Source: Basidiobolus meristosporus CBS 931.73
Lineage: Eukaryota; Fungi; Basidiobolomycota
DNA length: 64,000 nucleotides
Assembly: GCA_002104905.1 (NCBI GenBank)
Contig: MCFE01000109.1
Span: 1-64,000 of the forward strand
Direction of reading: 5' to 3'
Below are positions 1 to 11,226 of the stretch, one piece after another; position 1 is the stretch's first letter; every line of letters begins with the position of its first letter. The notes beneath the pieces were generated by a model that did not search any database, was not told the origin of the DNA, and saw nothing but the letters and a program-made list of their open reading frames with translations. A program made the position numbers and the translations under genes.

Positions 1-394
1 CAGTAGTAGACATTGCAGAGAGTGACAGCTTGGGGCTAATAACCTATTGAAAGAGCCTTGGAGATATTGGAAGTGATTTGGGAGAACAAGTAGATTATGT
101 GGTTTTCACTTAATGATTTATTGAATGTAAAAGTAGTATTCATACTTTTACATGGTCTTGGCATAACAAGCACATAGAATAGGTTAAGGAAGGTCCTAAG
201 AACATGTGTGCAAAGTTTGGGGCTGTTTGGACAACTTTGAGTACTTTCATGTTCTTGGTACCTGGTATTTTGGTGAAAATATTCCAAGTAAATCTGGACA
301 AGGAATTTGGTCAGTATTCTCTAGGATTTGAAGGTAATGATCTAAGTGACTAAGCTAGGTGAATATTTAAGTGGAATTACAAATTTTTACAACA
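1..394 (-). mobile_element. 5' LTR (45-394), PBS and leader of a Ty1/copia element whose body lies left of the window
   Basis: Bases 1-60 align by eye with 56936-57000, the leader/PBS/5' LTR junction of the copia copy at 51304-57326. The LTR has TGTTG(T)AA...TTACAACA-like termini and is about 350 bp. Minus-strand PBS GGTTATTAGCCCC. Confidence 0.8.
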
Positions 395-687
395 ATTTTC
401 ACTTATTGATTCATTGAATGACAGAGTAGTGTTTGTACTTTTATGTGGTCTTGGCATAACAAACATGTGGAATAGGTTTAGGAAGGTCCCAAGAGCATGT
501 TTGCAAGGTTTGGGGCTGCTTGGACAACTTTGAGAATTCTCATGTTCTGGGTAACTGGTAGTTTGGTGGAAATATTTTAAGTAAATCCTAACAAGGAATT
601 TGATCAATATTCTCTAAGATTTGTAGGTAAGGATCATAGTGACTGAGTTTGGTGAATATTTAGGTGGAATTACAAATTTTTACAACA
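395..687 (-). repeat. Second, truncated tandem copy of the same copia LTR (lacks about the first 55 bp in plus-strand coordinates)
   Basis: Repeats LTR 45-394 from TTTTCACTTA onward and ends in the same TTACAACA. Confidence 0.75.
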
Positions 688-1069
688 TAAAGATCTCACC
701 AACTTGGTGACTTTCACTCCCATATTCCTAGTCCATACAAATTTGATAACAAGGTCCACACTACTTTGACAAAAATTGGAACTAAAAATCTGAAGGAAGA
801 ACACCAGCTGAATGCCAGCACAAAATAACATTTGAATACCAGCAGGTTATCATATGAATTCCAAGTATGTAGTTTGATGTAGAGATTTCTAATAAGCTTA
901 TATATACCACTTTGTAATTGATAGTTCCAAATCAATGAACGAGTCAAAGAATACTGTTTAGTCTAGTACTTTACTACATAATCTACATTGGTAGTGCGTA
1001 GTTCCTTAAGCTACAATTGACCCTACGTATTTTAGGCAATATTCTGGGTAATTCAGATAATAGACTATC

Positions 1070-1131
1070 AAAAAAATGTCCTCCGAAGAGGGGTCCACTC
1101 AAGATTTACGTGTCATCCTTGTGCAGGGGCC

Positions 1132-1162
<31 letters not shown>

Positions 1163-1195
1163 TTCAAGTGTCAGAGGTTCCGAAGAACTTGACAC
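1070..1195 (-). ncRNA. U6: U6 spliceosomal snRNA
   Basis: Reverse complement contains AATTGGAACGATACAGAGAAGATTAGCATGGCCCCTGCACAAGGATGACAC (ACAGAGA box, AGC triad, ISL), a 5' hairpin (GTGTC/GACAC stem, TTCG loop) and a T7 Pol III terminator. A TATAAAA lies about 25 bp upstream. Confidence 0.97.
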
Positions 1196-1304
1196 ACGCA
1201 ATGGCCCCCACAGCGTTTTATATCATGTGTATGCATAAGCAAATGGAATTATGGGAATTTCAATAATTTCCTGGTCAAAATTGATCATCATCGATGTAAA
1301 ATTG

Positions 1305-1376
1305 TGCCTACTGCCAGGATTGAACTGGCGACCTTCAGTTTACGAGACTGACGCGCTACCACTGCGCTAAGCAGGC
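1305..1376 (-). tRNA. tRNA-Thr (anticodon CGT)
   Basis: GCCTGCT...AGTAGGC-A acceptor stem, D-loop AGTGGTA, anticodon arm TCAGT-ctCGTaa-ACTGA, T-loop TTCAATC; 72 nt, no intron. Confidence 0.95.
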
Positions 1377-1388
1377 TATCTGAAATTC

Positions 1389-1709
1389 TGTTACAGAGTA
1401 AGGAGTCACTCGATGTCAAGTGACATCAACGCATACAAAGACGACTTAGTAGCCAGGGAAAAGCAAAGCAAGACGAATCACCAGACTCACAAAAAGGTAT
1501 AAATACCAAACAATCAATCAAATAAAAGGAGTTCTGGTTATAAGTAGAAAAGGCAGTAGAAACGAATTTTAGCTTGAATATACTTCTACGAAGTCACCAC
1601 CCTAACCTTTTAACAGATATTCTTATACTACCCCGTCGAATCTACGAGATAACATACACGTTATCCATTTTCGTACTCTCAAGGGACATTACTCTTTAAG
1701 TACGTAACA
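1389..1709 (+). mobile_element. Solo LTR (gypsy-like) with 4-bp TSD ATTC
   Basis: TGTTAC...GTAACA inverted termini, ATTC at 1385-1388 and 1710-1713, internal TATAAATA and AATAAA. Confidence 0.85.
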
Positions 1710-1713
1710 ATTC

Positions 1714-2031
1714 TCCAGAGTAAGGAGTCAGTCAATGTTATGTGAGATCAACGCATGCAAAGACGACTTAGTAGCCTGGGAAAAGTAAAGAAGGCAATTC
1801 ACCAGACTCGGAATAAGACATGAATAATAATCAAACAATCAAATAAAGAGAAAGTTTGGTCAGAAGTAGAAAGAGTGGTAGAAACGATTATTAGGTTGAA
1901 TATATTTCTACAAGTCACCATCCTAACCTTTTAAGAGACATTCTCACACTACCCCATTAAATCTACGAGATAACATACAAGGTATCTATTTACGTACTAT
2001 TTAAAGGACATTACTCTTTAATTACGTAACA
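1714..2031 (+). mobile_element. Older solo LTR of the same family as 1389-1709
   Basis: Collinear diverged copy (CAGAGTAAGGAGTCA...TACGTAACA) with a degenerate 5' terminus. Confidence 0.8.
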
Positions 2032-2034
2032 TAA

Positions 2035-2300
2035 TATAACGTAAAGAATCGCGGGCGAAGAAAAACCAAATAAGGAAAGCTAGGTAACCAGCCCTCACAA
2101 ATATATATGTATCACTTTATTCCTATAAGAAAAAGGAGAGTTATGATATAGATCCTTGACACAAAGGAAGAACATCATCTCTTAAATAGCCACACCATCC
2201 ATCATTTGCAATAAATATCTCAGTCTTTCAATGCTGGCCTACTTCGCCCTGCAATAGTAGTAGCCTTCTCTCTTACTACAAACTGTTTTACCGCGTAACA
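2035..2300 (+). mobile_element. Probable third solo LTR (different family)
   Basis: Ends in GCGTAACA, starts with a degenerate TATAACG, and is wedged between two other LTRs with 3-5 bp spacers. Confidence 0.4.
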
Positions 2301-2305
2301 GTCCC

Positions 2306-2531
2306 TGTTATAATAGTCCGAAACCTGACCTGAATGAACTGAGAAGCTAGGCATATATAGAGGTGTCAGCACCAAGTGGCACCTAAGTATATGTAAACAG
2401 ACGGTCCAATATGAAACAAGACTGTAGGCAAGCAATTGCAAAATGTGTTAAATACCAGATCTTAAGCCAAAATAAAGACAGACCTTGTTTCACTAACCTA
2501 AGAGACAAGGACAAACCCGGATATCATAACG
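2306..2531 (+). mobile_element. Diverged LTR related to the intact gypsy at 3937, followed by a decayed PBS
   Basis: Same 226-bp length, TGTTAT...CATAAC termini, shared AAATAAAG(G)ACAGACCTTGTT block. It is followed by TTTGCTACAGCG, resembling PBS TTTGGTAGCAGCG. Confidence 0.7.
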
Positions 2532-3853
2532 TTTGCTACAGCGTAAAGTATACCTTTAGGATAAGTAGTAACCACCCAATAGAAGTCAATCATCTATATC
2601 GGTAAAAGATCGACCATGCTGATCTGCACACCTATAGAGTTACCCTGACAAAACCCTATCTATTCCTGGTCATCACTAAAGCCTAGTTTAGCACACAATA
2701 TGTAAGTAATCTATGAATAACTATTACAGCCAGGCTTATACATGTACAAAGTATCTTCTCCTTCATACCCTAGATTGACTCTTACCCTCACCGGATTCCC
2801 AAGAGATCGTTGTTTAGTCAGGACTTCCATTTACAACCGTAACAAAACATAGCCATTCTTAAGACCTTGGAAACTACCAAAATATCAGTTCAATCTGCAC
2901 TATAAGTATAGTAAGGTCCAGGCTTTATGCTCTACAAAAGATAAACCTCTCAAATCTGCATAAATTCCAAGCATTGTAGCTAATTCAAATTACATGAGCT
3001 TGCACATTTTACTTATGCTATACATTGAGTTCATTAAAATCTTAATACAACTACATTAAATGAAGTAGGAGTATTTTGGGAATGCTGTATATGTACAGTG
3101 TGCTGTGCTTGACCGTTCATTTTATAGAGTGCACAACATTCTACCAAAGCAATTACCTCCATCTGGAATTTCCAGAGAACCAACCTCATAAAAAATATGT
3201 GCGGGTGCTCGTCGCCTTCCGGTCTACCAGAAATTATCCCTTTTTTTGAGCTTTTTGAGAAAACAACCCCCTTTTGAAAGGTTCAATAAAGCCACTGAAT
3301 GTTAAAAAACAATGAAAGTGGCTTTAGTACTCATTTCTTCAAGAGATTTCTCTTCCTTACTCTTAGCTGTATACACAGGCAAAGTGATTATGACGGTTAT
3401 TTGGCAGGCCCATTGAATGAGGCACTTTTTTGTACTCATTACCGCACCTGTTTTGTTCATACTGTCATTCATAGCGAAACCATCACAAGAGTTTACTTTA
3501 TATGGTGGCATTACTAGCATGTAAGAACATGGAGCAGAGGAATATCCAATTTACGCTACAACTCCCGAACAATGGTCTAACTGGCACTCGCTGCAGATAA
3601 AGTCCTGTTAATCATTATCATCGAATACAAATCTTTGTTTGGTTTTCCTGGGTGAGTTCATGATTTCATATCTTTTACAAGGACCACACTTTTGATAGAG
3701 AATCGATCAAGTCCATCATTTTGCCATGTATACTGCTATACCTTTCTTTAGGTAAACATCTAGAGTGAACAAAGAGGTTAAAGCAAACTCGCAAAGCTGT
3801 AGCTAAGCATAAGGACAGAAATGGCATATCATGAAGATTCCAAAACATATCCA

Positions 3854-3926
3854 CGAGGCGCATGGGACTCGAACCCACAATCCCCAGATCCGAAGTCTGA
3901 TGCCTTATCCATTAGGCCAACGCCCC
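3854..3926 (-). tRNA. tRNA-Arg (anticodon TCG)
   Basis: GGGGCGT...GCGCCTC-G acceptor stem, anticodon arm TCAGA-ctTCGga-TCTGG, T-loop TTCGAGT; 73 nt. Confidence 0.95.
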
Positions 3927-3936
3927 AATTGCTAAC

Positions 3937-6900
3937 TGTTATGAAAGTCTGAATCCCGACCAGAACAGGCAGCAAGTTGTCGCATATAGAGATGCGTCAA
4001 CACCAAAAATCATCAAAGATGATCAAAGACTGATGGGCTAAAGTAAGACAAGTTGTATGCAAATGATCGAGAAATGTATAAAAAGTAGATCCTACGCTAA
4101 AATAAAGGACAGACCTTGTTACACCAAACAGAAGGACGGGAACTGGCCTGGATTTCATAACATTTGGTAGCAGCGAAACAACAAATAATCCTCCAAACTA
4201 CAAGAAAATGAGTACTAGCAAGAGTACTAAAGGAAGCAGCCCTGGTGAAGACATCAATGCATTGCTGCGAGAGCAATTACAAGAATTGAAAGAAGAGAAC
4301 CAGTGGCTAAAAGCACAGTATAGTGCACAGGAAGAGTTGCCTACTAAAGAAGATATTCTGAAGGCATATGGAAGTTTGGAATCCGGTCATGCAAAGTTAG
4401 CAAAGCCTGATACATTTGACGGGAAGTCAAATGTGGATTCTTGGATTTTTCAGGTTGAAAAATACCTAAAATTCACAAACGTTAGTAAGATGCAAATGGT
4501 TGATTATGCATCGAGTCTGTTCAGGGGACAGGCGCTATTGTGGTGGAGGTCTCACATGAAGAGGGTCCAAGAAGGACTTGAAGTTGAAATTGAAAAGTGG
4601 AACCAGTTTAAGCAAGAATTGAAGGCAGAATTCAAGCTTGTGACAGCAACTAAACATGCTCGAGATAAACTGGCACAGCTAGTCCAGAAGGGAACAGTTA
4701 GCAGCTATACCAATGAATTCAAAAGTATTCTATTAGAAATTGATGGAATATCGGAAGATGAAATACTGGATCGATATGTACGTGGACTCCGAAAGTCCAC
4801 CAGGAAAGAAGTGGAGCTTCGAGATCCAAGCTCATTCAAAGAGGCCCACAGGATTGCAGAAAGATATGACCAGATTATGTTTGATAATGTACACAGCACA
4901 AAAAAAGAAGCACATGAAGCTGACAAGAAGTCTACACCAAAGAAAAAAGATAAGGAGTATTGCATCAAACATAACTTGTGCTTCAAATGCAATAAGAAAG
5001 GTCATAGATTTTTTGAGTGCCCCAACCGGAAGAAAAGTAAAGCTACTGAACAGGATAATGAGGACACTGAAGAAACCTTGAACGAAATACAGGACCAACA
5101 TATTATACATATGGTGGATCAATTTAACAAGCAAAAAGAGGAGCAGACACGACCAATTGTTCAATGGGTAGCCCAAGTAAACAACTGCCCCGTGAAGATT
5201 ATCCTAGACAGTGGTGCAAGTGATAACTTTATATCCAAAAAGTTGGCAGTGCAGCTGAAGCTTATAGTGCAACCAACTAGAAAAAAGTATATAAAGTTGG
5301 CGGCACAAAGCCCCATACAAATTGGGAGTGAAACAAACTTTCAATGGAGCATTCCAACATACAGCGATGAAGTGGTTGCAAAGATAATTACCAATGCAAA
5401 CTTTGATGTAATTTTAGGACAACCATGGCTGTACAAACGAAATCCTGTCATCAATTGGCAAACGCAAGAAGTGGCAGTATATGAGGAAGGGAGGCGGCAG
5501 GTAATCTGTAAACCAAACACAGAACTGCTAAAAGAAGAGGAGGTACTCGTAATTACAAAGTCACAACTTTCTAAAGCAGCAAGGAAAGTAGACAAAAGCA
5601 ATGTTGGAATTATATACAGCATTCTAGATGAAGACACCAAGCAAACCAACAACACGCAGGATATCCAAAATATCTTAGATGAGTACCAAGATGTGTTCAA
5701 AGTACTCAAAGGCTTACCACCAAAAAGAAGCGTGGATCACAAGATTGATCTAGAAAACAGCTCACCGGTGTCAAAACAGCCTTACCGAATGAGTCCATTG
5801 GAGCTACAAGAATTAAAAAAACAATTAGCTGAATTGTTAGAGAAAGGTTATATAAGACCAAGTAAATCACCGTTTGGAGCACCGGTATTGTTTGTTAAGA
5901 AGAAGGATGGGTCACTTCGTTTGTGTGTGGACTATCGAGCCCTAAATTCAGCGACAATCAAAAACAAGTACCCACTCCCCCGAATTGACGAACTGTTTGA
6001 CAACCTGAATGGTGCAAGGATGTTTTCAAAGATAGATCTAAAAAGCGGCTACTACCAAATCCGAATTCAAGAAGGTGATATTGAGAAAACAGCATTCCGC
6101 ACACGCTACGGTCATTACGAGTTTGTGGTAATGAGTTTTGGACTCACCAACGCACCGGCCACCTTTATGACATTGATGAATAGCATTTTTCATCAATATC
6201 TAGATCAATTTATATTAGTATACCTAGATGATATATTAATATATAGCAAAACACTAGCAGAACATCAAGACCATCTGCGAATTGTCTTTGATATTTTGCG
6301 AAGAGAAAAATTAGTAGCAAACAAGGAAAAATGTCAGTTCAATACAAAAGAAATTGAATATTTAGGACATGTGATTACCACAGAAGGCCTGAAAGTTGAC
6401 AATAAGAAAGTAAAGATAATAGAAGAGTGGCCATACCCAAACTCGATAACCAAGCTACGATCGTTTCTAGGGTTAGCGTCATATTACCGAAAGTTTATAG
6501 CAGGCTTTGCACAGATAGCAGCGCCACTGACGGACTTACTAAAGCAAGAAAGGACGTGCACTTGGTCAAAAAAATGTGAAGTTGCATTCCAACAGTTGAA
6601 AGGTTGCATTAGTAAACGCCCCAGTGTTGAAAAGCCCGGATTATTCAAAAACCTTCTATTTAACAACCGATGCTTCACTATGGGCCGTAGGGGGAGTACT
6701 GTCACAATATCAGGACAAACAGGAGCATCCAATTGCGTTCGAAAGTAGAAAACTCTCAGCAGCAGAACATAATTATCCAACACACGAAAAAGAGTTATTG
6801 GCAATAATTGTCTGTTTGAAAGTGTGGCGATGCTACCTAGAAGGAAAAAAGTGTATTATCCGAACAGATCATGCAAGTCTAAGATTTGTTAATACACAAA

Positions 6901-8584
6901 AAACCTTATCAAGAAGAATGCTGCGTTGGATAGAATACTTGCAACAATTCAATTTTGAGATCACCTACATAAAAGGTAGCTCAAATAAAGTAGCCGATGC
7001 ACTCTCCAGGATGGAAGAGGAGACACAAGAACAGACAATAGAAAACACAATCCTCATGATAGATGCGTCGGATTGGCCAACTCTAATACCTCAATACCTA
7101 CAGGAGCAAACCTTCCCAGAAGAGATCCCTGCAGAAGTTAAAGAATTAGTAAGACAGGAAGCAGACAAGTTTTGCATAAATGAAGAAGTTTTGTACAGAA
7201 AAATACAAGACCTAGAAATCCCGTTTTGCCCACATATATTGCGCGCAGATCTAATCTGCAAATATCATCAAGCATATGGCCATTTAGGAGTGCAAGGAGT
7301 CTTAAACTTACTGAAGCCTCGAGCCTGGTGGCCAAATATGACTCAAGATATTGCAAAAGTTATTCGGTTCTGCCCCGACTGTCAGTTAGCCACGCCGGGA
7401 AGAAAACAAGAGGCACAACTTCACCCATTACCACAAGTCCCAGCATTTAGTCGGTGGAGTTTAGACTTCATCGGAAGGTTGCCAGAAACAAAAAAGGGTA
7501 ACAAATGGATACTAACTGCTATAGACCACACCACAAAGTGGCCAATTGCTAAAGCAATAAGAAGAGCTACAGCAAAAGAGGTAGCTACGTTCTTATATGA
7601 AGAAATACTGTTACAGTTTGGTTGCCCAGAAGAAATACTTACCGACAGAGGGCGAAACTTTATTGAAGGCGTAATGGGAAGCTATGTTAGGATGCAAGGA
7701 ATTAAACACTTAAAAACATCGGCATTTCACCCTAGAACTAATGGGGTGAATGAACGTTTTAATGGGTTGTTTTGTAGAATGCTAACAACCTACGTCCAAG
7801 GTGCACGCCACAAATGGGATGAATTCGTGCAACAGGCACTTTTTGCGTGTCGAATACGATGCCATGTAGCTACAGGGTATTCACCCTTCTACTTAGTATA
7901 TGGACGAGAGCCAAAAATCCCAGGTGACACAGTACGGCCAAACCTCTGGAATCTCGACAATGAAGACGATAAAGCAGAATGGAGAATACGAGAATTGGAG
8001 GCGTTAGGCCACAAACGAGAGGAAGTGATAAAAAGACTTGAAAGTCAAGGTCAACAAATGAAATTGCGATACGATAAAAATGTAGGTGACCAAGAGCTGG
8101 AAGTTGGAACAAAGGTTCTAATACGAAAGGAGGACCACAAGAAGTTTCAACCGTACTGGATGGGCCCATTCGTTGTAAGTAGAATAATGCCATTCTCAAC
8201 ATATCAGCTCGTAGATATGAGTGGCCAAGTTCAGAAAACGTTAGTCCACCGAGACAGACTAAAAATAGCATTGCAAGGCGGACCATTCCCCGAAAAGAAG
8301 GTTTGGTACCATAAAGACGAGGATTCTTCAGGAGAAGAATCAATCGAAGAAGGGGAAAATGTTATGAAAGTCTGAATCCCGACCAGAACAGGCAGCAAGT
8401 TGTCGCATATAGAGATGCGTCAACACCAAAAATCATCAAAGATGATCAAAGACTGATGGGCTAAAGTAAGACAAGTTGTATGCAAATGATCGAGAAATGT
8501 ATAAAAAGTAGATCCTACGCTAAAATAAAGGACAGACCTTGTTACACCAAACAGAAGGACGGGAACTGGCCTGGATTTCATAAC
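3937..8584 (+). mobile_element. Near-intact Ty3/gypsy LTR retrotransposon (LTRs 3937-4162 and 8360-8584)
   Basis: LTRs identical by eye with 10-bp inverted termini TGTTATGAAA/TTTCATAACA. PBS TGGTAGCAGCG (4165-4175) fits the 3' end of initiator tRNA-Met (A1-U72). PPT GAAGAAGGGGAAAA at 8346-8359. Domain order gag-PR-RT-RH-IN. Confidence 0.97.
4208..8375 (+). CDS. Gag-Pol polyprotein (about 1388 aa) split by one +1 frameshift at 6614-6616
   Basis: CCHC knuckle [14 protein letters not shown], protease LDSGA, RT YLDD, RNase H TDAS, integrase HHCC + DDE + GPF motif, no chromodomain. Removing one A from AGTAAACGCC joins ORFs 4208-6748 and 6624-8375 as ...[16 protein letters not shown].... Confidence 0.93.
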
Positions 8585-9619
8585 TATACAATATCTGAGC
8601 GACATACAGATGATCGACTATAGTATGTCACCGTGTGATGTTCATATATGCTCGCTGTGGTACTTAAGACACAGTATGCAATCGATGTGTAAAGCAGATC
8701 AGCGCTAAAATAAACAGACTAACAGAAACTAGAACGACTGAGTATCATAAAAAACTGTACAATATGCAAAGCTGTACTAAGACATATTAGGAACAAGCCC
8801 AAACCCAACGACATAGTATCTAATACATAGAACCTAACAGAGCCAAAACATGGATAGGGCACTTGAAACCCTACCTTTCCTGAACCATAGTAATGAAGCA
8901 TCATCCATGTATATGTAACAGACGCATACGTTTATTGTAGTGTAGTAGTGCTATAAAGGATTGCTATATATTTTCCCTCGACTCAAGTAAAAGGCAATAC
9001 CCGTCAGAACCATACTGTATGGAATATACCCCCATAGTTACTAGGAAGCTGATTTTGAATTGATTCCGACTGTACCAGATGTACCTCCTAACAGATCGCA
9101 TAAGATAAAATATTTGTAACCCGCGACTTTCTCCTCTTACTAGGTTGTCCCAGCATATATTATTCGCAGCAGCTGGCAGATTCAACGTACGTTTCTGCTA
9201 ACAATAGGGCTTACGAAAATACTGCAGGTCGTTGGTGAAGTTTACCATTTGCAACAAGAAAATTATATCATGTGTCAATGACCAGGTCCCTTACTCGTGT
9301 TAAATATCACATCCAATTTGCTATCTTAAAGAATTTGTCAGGAGCATTTTCCCATGTAACTCTCATCTTCTATGTATTGTTTTATTGCTTTGACAAAGTC
9401 TAAGCACTGTTGTTGTACTAACACATCTTTTTGGCTCTAGAATGATGTACAGATGTATCCGAAATTGTCATTCCCCCTCCCCCAACCCTATTCTTCATAA
9501 ATAAACTCCTATAGCTATATAGTACTAGATATCCCCATATGGCACTAAGAAGTAATATCGATTAGGCAATGGGTGATAGGGATTATAAGTGCATTATCAT
9601 TCTACCATAGCTCTATGTG

Positions 9620-10720
9620 CTACTGACAATTGTCATTGCCATTACCATCACTATTTCCCGAGTCATAAGCACCAGCACCGTTTCCATTGTCATCTCCATT
9701 ACCACCATTTCCTTTTCCAGAGTCATAAGCACCGGCTCCGTTTCCACCGTTTTCATTGCCTCCATTTCCATTACCAGCGTTGCCGTTTCCAGAGTCGTAA
9801 GCGCCAGCACCGTTACTACCGTTTCCATTACCGTTATTACCATCTCCATTGCCAACTTTACCTTCACCGCTACCACCGTTGCCATTTCCATCCCCGTTTC
9901 CGGCGCCGTAAGCACTAGCACCGCTGCCATTTCCATTACCACCGTTTCCGTTTCCAGAGTCATAAGCGCCAGCACCGTTACCATTACCATCTCCATTACC
10001 GCCATTTTCATTTCCACCATTTTCAGAGCCATAGGTACTGGCTTCGTTGCCATCGTTTCCATTACCATCTCCATTGACTCCGTTGCCGTTACTGCTGCTT
10101 CCGCTTCCTCCGTTTTCAGAGTCATAAACACCAGCTCCGTTTCCTATATTCCCGTTGCCACCGTTGCTACTGCCGCTATTTCCATCTCCATTGCCTCCAT
10201 TTCCAGAGTCATAGGCACCAGCCCTGTTACCAGCATTTCTTTTACCACTATTGCCATTATTGTATCCGGTACCGTTACTGCCGTTTCCACCATTTCCATT
10301 ACCACCACTGCCGTTTCCAGAGTCGTAAGCGCCAGCACCGTTACCACCGTTTCCGTTACCGCTATTACCATCTCGATTACCTCCGTTGCCGTTGCCGTTG
10401 CCGCCTTTTCCATTAATATCTCCACTGCCAGAGTCATAAGCACCTGCTCCGCTAACTCCATTACCACCGTTATCACCGTTTCCATCGCCTTGGTTTCCGT
10501 TGCCGACATTTCCCGAGCCATAGGCACCAGCTCCGTTTCCTCCATGACCATTACCACCATTGCCGTTAGAATCGCCACTACCGCCATTACCTCCACCAAA
10601 TACATCCGTCACATCATAGGCCCCACCGCTTCTAGCTTGCAATCTCTGATCGAAAGCTGCAGCGTTGATTGCTGCCAAACCAGAGAGGAAGCACAAGATT
10701 CTAGGAGCGGAGAATTTCAT
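9620..10720 (-). CDS. Secreted Gly/Asn-rich repeat protein with about 12 GAGAYDSGN-type repeats
   Basis: Signal-peptide-like start MKFSAPRILCFLSGLAAINAAA, basic processing site RLQAR, uninterrupted repeat ORF, TATAAATA about 65 bp upstream. Confidence 0.85.
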   Translation of the reverse strand: MKFSAPRILCFLSGLAAINAAAFDQRLQARSGGAYDVTDVFGGGNGGSGDSNGNGGNGHGGNGAGAYGSGNVGNGNQGDGNGDNGGNGVSGAGAYDSGSGDINGKGGNGNGNGGNRDGNSGNGNGGNGAGAYDSGNGSGGNGNGGNGSNGTGYNNGNSGKRNAGNRAGAYDSGNGGNGDGNSGSSNGGNGNIGNGAGVYDSENGGSGSSSNGNGVNGDGNGNDGNEASTYGSENGGNENGGNGDGNGNGAGAYDSGNGNGGNGNGSGASAYGAGNGDGNGNGGSGEGKVGNGDGNNGNGNGSNGAGAYDSGNGNAGNGNGGNENGGNGAGAYDSGKGNGGNGDDNGNGAGAYDSGNSDGNGNDNCQ

Positions 10721-11226
10721 TCTATTATAAAAAGAGATATAGCACTTAGTGGATGCCCTGATATATCTCATTAGAGCCTCTATTTATACCAACCTACATC
10801 TTTCCCCTTATGGACCAGCCAAACATGGGGTATTCCATATGTAAACAAGTGCCCCTTCCTTTTCCTGCTCAGTCTCATTAAGCCAAGATACAGTTCAGTG
10901 TGTTAACTATCAGAATCAACCCAACCTTAGCCAAAAATGACGATTGGTAGTTCACCCCCTGCCTCGCGAATTGAGTAAACAACGCCTTTTCCCCCCATAT
11001 TTGCCATTGTATGGTTTACTGGATTATATTTGTATGTATAGGCGACTTTATACTTTAGTCCAAAAATAGTACGGGCCTCCGCTTCTGCACAAGCTCTTGA
11101 CTACTTAAACACTGTCAGAATCAGTAGCATCCTGGCCATTACCTCCATTCCGTATCCAGAACCGTTTCATTTCCATTATTAATGCATGCTAGCTTCGGTG
11201 ATTCCAGAACCATCGCTACTGGTATT

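Noticed and set aside
36-607. Short ORFs within copia LTRs (also 50230-50616 and 51297-51500)
   Set aside because: Recurrent open frames in AT-rich LTR copies, not genes.
1389-2531. Direct repeats considered as CRISPR-like or satellite arrays
   Set aside because: Units are 226-320 bp with TG...CA termini, TSD and PBS, so they are LTRs; eukaryotic context, no cas genes.
3160-3295. GC-rich patch with T/A runs, possible small Pol III RNA or MULE terminal repeat
   Set aside because: No cloverleaf, no clear A/B boxes, and no inverted partner found in the window.
9617-10774. 385-aa plus-strand ORF and other overlapping ORFs over the Gly/Asn gene
   Set aside because: Antisense shadows of a low-complexity repeat; the minus strand has the signal peptide and TATA.
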